A stretch of DNA of 63,852 nucleotides, filler included, from Lenisia limosa (taxonomy: Eukaryota > Protista > Breviatea), in NCBI GenBank assembly GCA_001655205.1. It is 14 parts of 14 records of this genome, joined end to end, with 100 filler letters (N's around TTAATTAATTAA, not from the genome) between each part and the next. Parts side by side here need not be neighbours in the genome. Positions count along the whole stretch, not along the records: positions 50,349 to 51,505 come from LPNZ01007604.1; positions 51,606 to 56,533 come from LPNZ01000323.1; positions 56,634 to 61,322 come from LPNZ01010089.1; positions 61,423 to 62,594 come from LPNZ01000395.1; positions 62,695 to 63,852 come from LPNZ01003814.1; 9 more parts are not named here. The stretch is one strand, 5' to 3'. The position numbers and the translations under genes were made by a program. Positions 51,129 through 62,844 of the stretch are shown here, piece after piece. Every line of letters starts with the position of its first letter. Positions within the stretch are counted from its first letter, which is position 1. Below the pieces are notes generated by a model. The model saw only the letters and a program-made list of their open reading frames with translations. It was not told where the DNA came from and ran no database searches.

Positions 51129-51477
51129 CTATTTAGCCATTTCCAAGCAGCTGAACCAGGAAAGCTGACTTGCGGCCCGGAGTGAATTGACCCAGACCTC
51201 TCCGTCCTCCTCACTGTCACACTGGATGGTGACTAATGTAACTAATGTCTGTTGCAATTGAATATTGAAACTGTATCCTAATAAAACTTGCATTTCCATA
51301 GGATTTGTTGGAGAGTATGGTATTATTATATTGACTACTCATAACACACCCACACCCAATGTATATGATATGTTATACAGGTGATCATATAATATAGCAA
51401 TGAGAAATAAAAAACAAGTATCCGGCCGCTACCTACCTCCAGCACTAATGTCCGATTAAACGCCTCAGCACATTTAA
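51129..51477 (-). CDS. Last exons of a probable PH-domain protein
   Basis: FTIKCAEAFNRTL...|TIQCDSEEDGEVWVNSLRAA resembles the PH C-terminal strand plus helix; TAG at 51129-51131. Confidence 0.55.
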
Positions 51478-51605
51478 TGGTGAAGCTAAAATAGTAAAAA
51501 AAACCNNNNNNNNNNNNNNNNNNNNNNNNNNNNNNNNNNNNNNNNNNNNTTAATTAATTAANNNNNNNNNNNNNNNNNNNNNNNNNNNNNNNNNNNNNNN
51601 NNNNN

Positions 51606-53490
51606 GTAGTAGACCCAATCCGAAGAATAGGGCCACGAGTGTCGTACGCTCTTGCAACAATCTGACGGAATTAACGAGGAAAATTTGGATACTACAAACA
51701 TAAATTTAAAAACTACAACGAGAACATGAATAGATTCGACAGAAAACAATCAGGAAGGCAAAAAGAGCAAACAATGGAGATTTTAATGGAGAGAAAGAGT
51801 GGTAATCAAATATAAAGCTGAAGGTTGTTATTGAGATGATATAGATATTATATATAAACAATGGCTTATCAACCGGGTGTCATTGAGATCTTTTGTTTAA
51901 GTGTTTGAAGCGTGAAGAGAGTTATCATAGCAATGTGTGATGTATCTCCAAAAGGAATATTTCGGAAGAACATGCTAAAATGAAACAACAGCTATACAGA
52001 CGTCGGGGGAGGGGGATGCAGTGTGGAGAAGTCTAGGGCATTGTGGTGTAGGTGAGGGAGAGAATTTAAGAAACAAAAAAATAGCCATCAGCTCTGTTGG
52101 TGACAACAGACGAGTTTAAGTGCAGTTTAGGGGGTGAGAGGGAGAAGGTACACAGAAAGCTGTGAGCTGAAGGCCTGATTGGTTGGATCTACTGTTACTA
52201 TAATTACTATGAATATCTCTTATTAGTGAAGACATCCTACAATCCTTACTATGAGTATTATCAGTAAAGAATCGTCGTTTTATTTCTCATTTCTACAAAT
52301 TAGATGCACCACCCGTAACAGAAGAAGTGGGGTAGGAGCATAATAGAGGGGGGGCAAAAACTAGCCCACCTCGTCATTATTGTCAAACTCTTCACGGGCG
52401 TTCTCCATCACTGTGTCAAAAAACTGAAGAGTAATTTGACAAACAAATAAGTCCGATCAATCGACTAACATAGGGATTCATTGAAAATGCGATAAGCTAA
52501 TATTTATTTGTTTTTTGGCAGACAATATACAATACGTCTGATACATGAACAATTTTGTATTAGATATATTTTGTATGATATGTATACACATGTATATGTA
52601 CATATCGCAATAACTGTAAGAGTTGTCACCACCCATACTTGGCGGTCTGCATGGCTGCCATTAATGCGAATCACGTTCATGCCGGATTTGTATAGTTTGC
52701 GCAGGTTCTCACGTGAGGAGGTGGCGGGTCCTGTGTGCGTGATATGAGGAGGGTATTTACCAAAGAAAAAGAAACAAACTGAGCAAAATATATCATGTGA
52801 TATGCAGTATGTGTATTCTCTCAAATATTGCTTAATTGATGGAGGAAAGGGGAGTGAATTGAGACATCCTCCTCCCAGCGTCAAGAACACAACTTTGAAT
52901 TACTGTATTCAATCCAGCGAATAAATATGGGCTGATCAAATAATTTCCAACACTCTAAAGATCCCTATCTTCCATAGGTCTGTTATTTCTCTGCTTTAGT
53001 AATCCCATGCGCATGGGGAAGGGCATCTAGAACATTCCTTCAACCCAAATCAACTCAAAATGGAAGAACAAACTTGGGACAACAAACCATCTCGTCCAGC
53101 CCCTCAGACCAATTGTGCAGACAATAGATGTCAAATTTGTGTGCATGGGCCTTTCAGTTACCTAAATCATCACCTTATGTTAGAAAAAAGGTCCCTATTG
53201 TGACAGCGAATAATACTATCCACCACGGAACCCATATTGACCAACCTCCATTGATGCAAGATGTTGAAGCCTAGTGCGCTGCATTTGTGCCGCCCACTGG
53301 AAGGTCATTCAGAATAGGCAACAGCAGGATCGAGTGGGAGAAAGAGGAACAGCGTTTCATGGCAATATAACTGGCAATTCGATATTATTATCATAATGAC
53401 TGCCATAGAGGAGCATACCTGGGCATGGTTATGGGAAGGGAGCTCGAAGCTGGACTGTCCCAAGAAAGAAGGATGGCGAGTCCTTGTCAT
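51606..53490 (-). CDS. pyk: Pyruvate kinase, 5' part (cut by the scaffold edge)
   Basis: Spliced TSIVCTI|GPATSSRENLRKLYKSGMNVIRINGSHADRQ|...|IVARAYDTRGPILRIG matches the PK motifs CTIGPA, GMNVARxNFSHG and DTKGPEIRTG. Confidence 0.88.
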
Positions 53491-53626
53491 TTTTAACGTA
53501 TTTCACGATTTCCACGTTTCCACGATTTTACGTGTGAGTGGTTGACCTGACAAATCACAAAAAATTCGCTAATTTCCTGATCCGCCGCCGGGTCCTCCTC
53601 TCTGGTTCCAGATAAAAGAAGATGAA

Positions 53627-55810
53627 ATGAGTTACCCGCAGGCGAACAGGGAAGAGGATTTTGCCGCTAAAGATGATGGAACAATGTTGGAAATCGGCCG
53701 TGAAATAGAAGGTTTCGGGTGATTTGTACTCCCAGGTTCAGGATACATATATTGAAAAATGAAGCAACCCTGAACGCCGGCGGGATATTCTCACAAAATT
53801 TAGTCCGCAACATCCAGCTCTCTAATCTCTCTGTCTCTCCATATTTATAATACTGATACAGTACTGATATAATAATATATAATAAATAAAAACAGTGTTG
53901 TTCTTGTACTATCGAGTTGTGTTGTCATAATACATCTGATCACCTTGAATCTGAGACTCTACTGCTATGGTATTCTGGTGCTTTCGTGCTTTTTTAACAA
54001 TCTACTATTCTTTAAATATCAGATCACCACCGTTCATGTGTGTTTTCCTCTTTATATCATTGCTTTTTACATGAATGACCCAAAAAATGTGCTTTCCCCT
54101 CTCACGTTATCGTTTCTTATTGTTCCAGGGCCTGAAGCAATCAAAGCTTTCATCAGATGAAATAAAGGAACTTGAAGCATCAGGATGTATGCTTTTATAT
54201 GGCTGGGTTTATCTTGCAGCTTTGGTTGCTATATTTATTAGGTTCATTGTGATAGATTTTATGATACTGATACTTCTCAATATTTGAAAAGGGATTTTGA
54301 ACTGAGAGTCCTCTTGAAAGCGTGTGATTAGGGCTTTTCATGACCACACAAAACTAGAGATAATAGTATTAGATAATCTATCGAGACATTGGTCATTTGG
54401 ATCCATACTCTGTCCTTTTGATACTACAATGCCACTACTACGGCAGTGCCACTATTCTTGATTATGATTATCATATGCAGTGAATAATTTACTTTGAATT
54501 TACCGACTTGTAGTTGATAAGAGAGACATCCAAGCGTATTTCAGACTCTTTGGTAAAGACACTGCAGGACACCCCATTACTAGGGAAGCAGTTTTGGACT
54601 TTTTTGCCGAACAGTTCCCTGATGGTGAGACCTCTTTGTACGCCTCAAGGCTCTTCGACACGATGAACATCGTGGGAGGTGATTTTCTATGGTCCTATGG
54701 GAAATAAATGTTTTTATAGTTGAACGAAAAACGGCAGGAAAGTAATTGGTTCTTATTATTTTTCTTTCTTATCTTCATGAGAAACGTGACAATGATTCAC
54801 AGAATGGGTTGAACTCCTGACTTCGTTCTCGCTTCTAAAACAAATTAAATTCTCCGATTTAAAAATTTCACATTTCGCCAGTCTATTGTGGCCTGAGTAG
54901 AGCTCGTATTATATTTCTATTTCATCACATTGTCTCACCTTTTAGAAAAATTCGGACGCAATATCATTTGATGTAAGCGGAGGGATCAGAATCATCTGTT
55001 TTGTATTTTTTTCCACTACAGCAAGGTGTTTTTCCTTTGAGTACTTCTCACCCGCTCAGGTTTTCATCAAAACACTGGGTCCGCTATCAAGGGGTGACAT
55101 CCAGGCCAAGCTAAACTGTAAGCAGCGGAGCCTTATCTTTGGAGGTTGTCTGTGGAGTATTTCAAAATTGAGCGCTACCTTTTGTTCTTTTTTTGAGTAG
55201 CATACGTTTTTTTTTGAGAGAAATAACCCATGAAACCTTTCTTAATATCTACAGATAATATAATACATGTGTTTGGTTATGTGGGTAAATAGTTAAGTGG
55301 GTTACTATACCAATACCAATGGAGACAGGGAATCTGACTCAATAGGGACGTTCCGATTCTATGATGTTGACGGTGACGGTGTTATCTCTTCTCAAGACCT
55401 TTACCTCTCCGTTCTGGCATCAGAAAAACTGGTGAGATCAACTTTTGTGTTCACAAATTTCTTTCAAGTCACTTGAGACTGTGTTCACCCCGTAGCTTTC
55501 CAAGAATGTGACCTTGGAGCGAATACACCAAAGAATGGACCGCATCATGGCCCAACTAGTGAGTCTCTATAATATCATATCCTTTAAAAGTGTGTTGACA
55601 CTTGGTCATTTGTCGACAATGATATCTGTGACCATTGGGCTGTCTAACTAAATTTGGATGCCCACCAAAGCAGATACTTGCCATTAGGATGATAACTTAC
55701 CAAATTAGGATGCTGATGGCAGCGGGCAATTGACACGGTCGAAGTGGAACAATGGTCTCATGGAGAGTGATGATTTCATCAATAGTATGGAGCTAGTGAG
55801 TTTCTTGTAA
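53627..55810 (+). CDS. Neuronal calcium sensor (NCS-1/frequenin)-like EF-hand protein
   Basis: MGLKQSKLSSDEIKEL, EQFPDGETSLYASRLFD, FIKTLGPLSRGDIQAKL, FRFYDVDGDGVISSQD, RMDRIMAQL and DADGSGQLT are collinear with the NCS-1 family. The last exon is uncertain. Confidence 0.85.
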
Positions 55811-56633
55811 TCGTTTTGAACTGTTTCTTTACTTATTTTCTTATTATTTCTTTTCTGGATGATAAATAATCAGATCCCTATAAATTCCTAAAGAATAACA
55901 AAACTATCTGCATATACACCTACATTAAATATATTCCTAACCTACTACTGCACCACTACATGCTACCCTAAAATATGAAAAAAAAAAAACTACGTATCGC
56001 CTCAAGACATCCAATATGCATGGAATTTTATCAAGTTGAAGCTTTGTACAAAAAACTGAATAAGGATGAACCATTTGGTCTTTTTTAGAATAAAGCGAAT
56101 TTACAATATTTAAAGTATGAAAGAAAATAAAACCTACTCAAAAGGAGTGGCCACTAAGACCCAGAGACTATCAGCTCCTTGATATGTCAAACGTACGTAC
56201 AGAAATCGGGTTTGTATAGGGCTTAAATCCAACGTATCCCCAATGCACAATCATACTCATTTAGATGAGCCAGTTGCCCCTCTCACTATTTCAGACTTTC
56301 CATCGTATGACCTGTGTTTGGGGGGCTGGAGAAATGCTGTTGTAACACCATTTTGCTGCAACCTACAAAGTTAATGACACATCATAGTAGGTTAACCCAT
56401 ATCCACTCAATATATTAATATGACAGACTTGAAAGTCGAAATGATGAACGGAGATAATACGAGGGTTCATCCCAGAGTATCATTGAGACTTGTCGGTCAG
56501 TTATGAGGTACACACAACATATCACTTTGTGAANNNNNNNNNNNNNNNNNNNNNNNNNNNNNNNNNNNNNNNNNNNNTTAATTAATTAANNNNNNNNNNN
56601 NNNNNNNNNNNNNNNNNNNNNNNNNNNNNNNNN

Positions 56634-59600
56634 CTGTGCCCCGATGTTGAGGGTTCTCTTCTCTCCTGGCTCTTCTCCGACATCCAGGACGGCCTCTTCC
56701 CCACGAAGGAGATCAGATTGATGTTAGGTAGCCTTTTGGATTTTGCTTTGTTTCCCTTCTATTTCTCCTTTATACAATCAGGCANNNNNNNNNNTTCAAG
56801 TTCACCGTATGCTAGTGATGTTTTTCTCACATCTGCATTGTCCACCAATTTCACCAACGACTCAATATTGTTATTCTTGTTGANNNNNNNNNNTTCCGTT
56901 ATGGAAATTTCTGAGCTCCTTGGCGTCTCCAAATCATCTTACGCCGATGCCTACAGGTGCATTAAGGAGAATAAGGTTCCTCTTAAGAAGAACAGTGGTC
57001 GGAGGCCCTAACTGTGCCCCGATGTTGAGGGTTCTCTTCTCTCCTGGCTCTTCTCCGACATCCAGGACGGCCTCTTACCCACGAAGAAGGAGATCAGATT
57101 GATGGTAGGTAGCCTTTTGGATTTTGCTTTGTTTCTCTTCTTTTTCTCAGGCAGCATCACTCCACTACTCCGCTACCAACGAGGTGATCAATCTCTCTAC
57201 CTTGGGTCGACCGCTGGCTCAAGACCTATGACGACTTTCTCAAGATCACCGAATGCTAGTGATATTTTTGTTCTCACATCTGCATTGTCCACCAATTTCA
57301 CCAACGACTCAATATTGTTATTCTNNNNNNNNNNTTCTTCCCACGAAGGAGGAGATCAGATTGATGGTAGGTAGCCTTTTGGATTTTGCTTTGTTTCCCT
57401 TCTATTTCTCCTTTATACAATCAGGCAGCATCACTCCACTGCTCCGCCACCAACGAGGTGATCAATCTCTCTACCTCTTGGGTCGACCGCTGGCTCAAGA
57501 CNNNNNNNNNNACTCCGCTACCAACAAGGTGATCAATCTCTCTACCTCTTGGGTCGACCGCTGGCTCAAGACCTATGACGACTTTCTCACGATCACCATG
57601 CTAGTGATGTTATTGTTCTCACATCTGCATTGTCCACCAATTTCACCAACGACTCAATATTGTTATTCTTGTTGATGCGAGTTAATCGGTTTTGTACACC
57701 CCCAACATTGTCGACGACAACCGTCATGACGCTACCACCAAGGAGAAGATCCAGCAGTACTTCGCCGCTCTGTCTCACCTCCTTGCTGATGACGACCACC
57801 NNNNNNNNNNATTTATGGTTTTGTCTGATCTTGTAGACCCCCAACATTGTCGACGACAACCGTCATGACGCTACCACCGAGGAGAAGATCCAGCAGGACT
57901 TCGCCGCTCTGTCTCACCTCCTTGCTGATGACGACCACCCCATCAACAACAACCTTGTCTTCAACATGGATGAGTCGAAGATTGAGCTGTCGACATCTAA
58001 GGTATGACTGGGTTGTGGGAATGTATTGTTTAATCACCCCCTCGCAGTGAAACCACAAGCGTGTGTTTATTTTTATTTTTATTTGAAATTCAGTGATTAC
58101 AAGATTAAAACTGAATAAGTTTCACTTTGATTACAAGAGACAATATCGATGTTTATTCAGAGGTTTTTTAGGAATGAAAGTGAGCCTTTGTTATTGTATA
58201 TAACCAAGTAGACTGGTGAGACCTTTACTGCCGGGTCTTCGTCCCCTATGTCAACGAGTGCCGCCAGAAGTACTCCATCCCCGACGATTTCTGGGCCCTC
58301 CTCCTNNNNNNNNNNGAATCCAAGATCGCTTACCGCCGCAAGCCCAAGGTCATATGCGAGGGGAATATCAGTTTATGGAAAATTTTGATTTTTGTGACTC
58401 ATAATCCGTGTTTTTCCTCTAATATATCAGCTCAAGCGGCGTACCGGTTCCCCCCACCATCCTCATTGCCAACAAGACCATCTCTTAGAAGGAGAAGGAG
58501 AAGATCCGCCCCTACGGCGCTACCGTTATGAGCTCCCCCAAGGGCTGGCAAGTATGAGGGGGTTGTGAGTTGCAAGATTAAAACTGACGACAAGGAGCTC
58601 GACGCCTACACTTCCAGCAACAACTTTCCCCTTGCCTGGAACGCCAGTGTCATTGTTGCCGCACCTGTATGGGGGACTGGGATACATAACAATATCTGAT
58701 AANNNNNNNNNNACCCCCCTCCCGCTTCAACATCTCCTTCACAATAAGATCTTTGTATTCCTCCTCCCCTCCCACACCTCCCACGCCTCACAGCCCCTTG
58801 ACCGATTTACTTTTGGTGTCCTGAAGGCTGGTGTTCGTGGCTGCTTCTCCTGCAAGGTGTCCAAGTCCTTCTCTAAGGGCATGACCAAGGCTGCTGTCGA
58901 CATCGACGCTGANNNNNNNNNNGTCTTTGTTTTCCTCTTCCCCTCCCACGCCTCACGGCCCCTTGACCGCATGATTTTTGGTGTCCTGAAGGCTGGTGTT
59001 TGTGGCTGCCTCTCTTCCAAGGTGTCCAAGTCCTTCTCTAAGGGCATGACCAAGGCTGCTGTCGACATCGACGCTGACACTGCTGAGGCTCTACGGCTGC
59101 GTGCCATTGAGACAGTCCTGAGTGCCAACATCACCGCCACCACTCCCGTCCTCACTGGTAAGGCTTTCGACGCTGCCGGCATCAACTTCATCGACAACAA
59201 GATTAAGCTGAACCCCNNNNNNNNNNATCTTTGTTTTCCTCCTCCCCTCCCACACCTCCCACGCTTCACAGCCCCTTGACCGCATGACTTTTGGTGTCCT
59301 GAAGGCTGGTGTTCGTGGCTGTCTCTTCCAAGGTGTACAAGTCCTTCTCTAAGGGCATGACCAAGGCTGCTGTCGACATCGAGCTGACACTGCTGAGGCT
59401 CTACGGCTGCGGACCATTGAGGCAGTCCTGAGTGCCAACATCACCGCCACCACTCCCGTCCTCACCGGTAAGGCTTTCGACGCTGCCGGCATCAACTTCA
59501 TCGACAACAAGATTAAGCTGAACCCCNNNNNNNNNNGCTGTGTCATCAACACCCCTGAGCTCATCGCTGCCATTTCCATTGCCAAGTCTGACAACTCCCT

Positions 59601-60266
59601 TCTCGCTAAGTCCGGTTGGCTCCAAGTCCGTGATCTTTACCACGCCATTGACGACAAGGAGCTCGACGCCTACACTTCCAGCAACAACTTTCCCCTTGCC
59701 TGGAATGCCAGTGTCATTGTTGCCGCACCTGTATGGGGGACTGGGATACATAACAATATCTGATAATCAGTCATAATGGTGAGTTACATGTCATACAACA
59801 GACTATTTCACCCCCCCCCCTCCCCATTATGCTGCTCTAATATGCTCAGGCTGCCCCCGATTCCGATGCCCCTGCTGCTGAGAAGACGGCAAAACGCACC
59901 AATGTCGTCCCTCTTACAATCCCCGAGCGAGCTTAGCTCATCAAGGATACCATTGAGAAGGTGTGAAAAGGGTCAATTTTTGCTTGATACTGTACACTGT
60001 TCACATTCTAATTTATTCTCAAATCACAAAGATTTTGTATTCTATTACTGGGTGAAGTGTTTGTTCGCATTGTTTAGCTTGACTCAATACAAGGAATAAA
60101 TAATTTTATTATCTAGGAGCACAAAGCCAAGTTGGAGCGTGAGTGTGTTGCCACCCATGTCGCTGCCAAGACGGTCAGAGCTCGAGGCACAGCTGTCCCC
60201 AAGACTACTGCCCCCAAGCGCCGCACTCCTGCTGGTAGAAATACCAAGAAGGCCCGAAAGGCCTAA
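56634..60266 (+). mobile_element. pogo/Tc5-type (IS630-Tc1-mariner) DDE transposase gene with introns; collapsed and scrambled multi-copy assembly, partly inactivated
   Basis: GRRP*LCPDVEGSLLSW and LSTSWVDRWLKTY (CENP-B-like HTH), LVFNMDES, FLLPSHTSHASQPLDRFTFGVLK (DDE_1). Near-identical overlapping pieces are separated by N10 gaps; in-frame stops are present; there is a basic C-terminal exon ending at TAA 60264-60266. Confidence 0.88.
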
Positions 60267-60578
60267 TGTATCTTTTTTTCTGTGTTTGTTTCACCATTCT
60301 TAAGAAATAGAGTTGATTTCTTTTTTCCAAATAGAAAACTGCCTTGTATCGATGATGTTTACCATTCCTTATTGTTGAATATTGCAATTATAGAATGATG
60401 TTTAAGTTCATTTTTTCAAATAAGGTGATGTGAGGATATGAGCAATTGAAAAATAACTTAAAAGACGAAAATGAAGAGAGAAAAAAGAAGAAAAAACACA
60501 AAAAAAAAAACTCAAGCTGTCCCGGAATTCTGATGTGTCCGGGAATTTTGAATGTTGTTAGGATCTTTGAGGACACAC

Positions 60579-60737
60579 ATATATAGCAATGAGAAGTAAA
60601 AAAATAAAGATGTATCTGGACGAAGCCGTCCCCGCCATCACGCTTATAAGAGATAGTGGATTATAGTATAATATACTAATTCACCATTTCATTTGCCTTA
60701 CAACTGTGCACACAGCTTTCTGCGTGCCTCTCCAGCA
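60579..60737 (-). repeat. Family C interspersed element with a GGC-TTCG-GCC hairpin (full-length representative)
   Basis: Consensus CAGAAAGCTGTGTGCACAGAGTTGTAAGGCAAATGATTGGGTGAATTA..TACTATAATCCAATATCTCTTATAAGCGTGATGGTGTGGACGGCTTCGGCCAGATACAACCTTG..TTTCTCATTGCTATAT. Copies or fragments at about 3287, 3420, 5475, 8435, 8637, 21963, 24050, 28650, 31345, 31945, 33435, 36392, 38157, 40072, 49461, 51385, 62180 and 62790. Confidence 0.85.
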
Positions 60738-61523
60738 TAGTAATAATAAATATGGACAATTTATCAGTCTTTTCGAAACAAAAGGGACGCTCCAATATAA
60801 ACCCCCCTCCCTGTCGTCACTATTAATATAAACTAGAGTTTCACTTCCTAACGACTGACCAATGATCATATATCGAGGATTTATCGACGTTTTATCAATA
60901 ATTATCGAGGATTCATCGAGAATTCAGTCTTTTTGAACCGAAAGTGACTCTCCAATACAAACACCCCCGCGCACCAGGAGGGAAGAGGGACCGCCATTGC
61001 GTTCCTCCATCAAATCCACTGCAGGCAAGAAAATGGTCAACTGGGGGGGGGGGGGNNNNNNNNNNNNNNNNNNNNNNNNNNNNNNNNNNNNNNNNNNNNN
61101 NNNNNNNNNNNNNNNNNNNNNNNNNNNNNNNNNNNNNGGAAGGAGGGAGTAAAATTGCAAAATTTATGAAACAAAATAGCCCAAAATCAACTCCATTGGA
61201 TGACAATACATGATATACTAATAATAACACTATATTCATACCCCCCACTGAGCACGCAGCGTAGAACCAGTTTATGACGTAGAGATAGTTGAGGCTGAAG
61301 GGCGTGCGAAGTGCCGTTTTTGNNNNNNNNNNNNNNNNNNNNNNNNNNNNNNNNNNNNNNNNNNNNTTAATTAATTAANNNNNNNNNNNNNNNNNNNNNN
61401 NNNNNNNNNNNNNNNNNNNNNNTGGGCTTTGTTTGTTTTGTTGTTTCTCTTGTGTTGTCAGCCAACAGAGCTGATTTGGGCTTCTTTTTAAAAAAATTTC
61501 CAATTTTACCCCCCTCCCCCCAG

Positions 61524-61622
61524 GTTTCTCTTCTTCAATTGGAGCTGGAATCTGCTGTATCCGCCCGTAAGGCAGCAGAAGGACGTCTTTACCAAGAGCG
61601 AATGAACCGACTAGGCAATTAG
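61524..61622 (+). CDS. Probable last exon of a coiled-coil protein
   Basis: VSLLQLELESAVSARKAAEGRLYQERMNRLGN* follows a CAG acceptor. Confidence 0.45.
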   Translation, partial: VSLLQLELESAVSARKAAEGRLYQERMNRLGN

Positions 61623-62342
61623 ACTCCGTAATTGCAGCGTTGTGGTTTAGGTATGTTTTTCTGATTAGTTTTACTTAGCTTTTTATGATTGGAGAGGTAG
61701 GGTCATCATCTTGACAAAATCCTTTTTTTATTATTTTTATTTGAATCGTTCTGAAATACACAATGTTCGAAATTTGTGTGTGTATATTGAGGTAATATAT
61801 TTCTTTGTTTGGAAATTGCCCGCTCCTTGATAATCGATATTTTAGCGGTCTTTTTCAGACCTCTGAGGCATTAACCCCTTCGGTTCTTCTTTTTCTATGT
61901 GAATTCGTGAGACCCTTTTTGAAGGAATTGTTTAACCTTCGTAGCAAATTTGGCTGCATTGTCATGCCATTTTCCACTAAAATCTGGTAACTTTTTTTTG
62001 TCATGAATGTTTTTTCTGAGGTCTAATTTTCTGTCTGTTTCCTGTATATGTCTTGTGTTTTATTTGCTACTAATAGATAATATTCTTTCACATTGGACTG
62101 ATGCCCCTCCCCCACACATACATACCATACATATCCGATATAGTATATCATATATCATCATATGGACAGTATATGAGATATTAGAAAGAAAACAAAGTTG
62201 TATCTGACCGAAGCCTTCCGCCATCATGCACTATATTGGAATATAGTATTATGTAGCAACTATGCATATCATGTAATATTAGTTGGAGGCGACCTTGCTT
62301 CTAACATTAGTTCATTGAAATCGGCACACCTAACCTGACGCT

Positions 62343-62488
62343 CTACTTCTTGCCCTTCTTTTTGCCCTTCTTCTTCTGGTTCTTTTTGACGGGAGGTACC
62401 TGGGGCTTCTCTTCTCCTTCTTTTTTGGGAGTTTCCTTTTTGGGTGTTGGCTTCTTTTGGGGGGCAGGTTTGGGGTCAGCCTTCTTTT
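62343..62488 (-). CDS. Last exon of a Lys/Pro-rich protein
   Basis: KKADPKPAPQKKPTPKKETPKKEGEEKPQVPPVKKNQKKKGKKKGKK* after a TAG acceptor. Confidence 0.55.
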
Positions 62489-62844
62489 CTAAAGACATTG
62501 AGAGTTTTATTTTTGGAACAAAGTGACTCTTAAAATACAGGAAATATTAGATACGATGAAGTATATCAAGAATATATCATATCTCTAATATAGANNNNNN
62601 NNNNNNNNNNNNNNNNNNNNNNNNNNNNNNNNNNNNNNTTAATTAATTAANNNNNNNNNNNNNNNNNNNNNNNNNNNNNNNNNNNNNNNNNNNNCCGCAT
62701 CCCATTACTCCAGCGTCCGGTAAAATTGAAATTTATGAAACAAAAAGAGCCCAAAGTCAACCAGGGCGCTGTATGAGACAACATATCTATCTATTACATG
62801 AGAAATAATAATAACAAAAAAACAAGGTTGTATCTGCCCTCCCC

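Noticed and set aside
56421-56499. SECIS element
   Set aside because: There is no helix II between the AUGA and GA strands in SECIS geometry, and the other copy is intronic.
59700-59765. Ulp1-like protease domain at the transposase C-terminus (VIVAAPVWGTGIH)
   Set aside because: No His-Trp or Cys catalytic motif, and the VWGTGIH part follows a likely GTATGG donor, so it is probably intronic.
57008-59930. TAA/TAG reassigned to Gln
   Set aside because: The conserved host exons I translated (NIT2 in most detail) use CAA/CAG for Gln with no in-frame TAR, and several host genes end in TAA or TAG.
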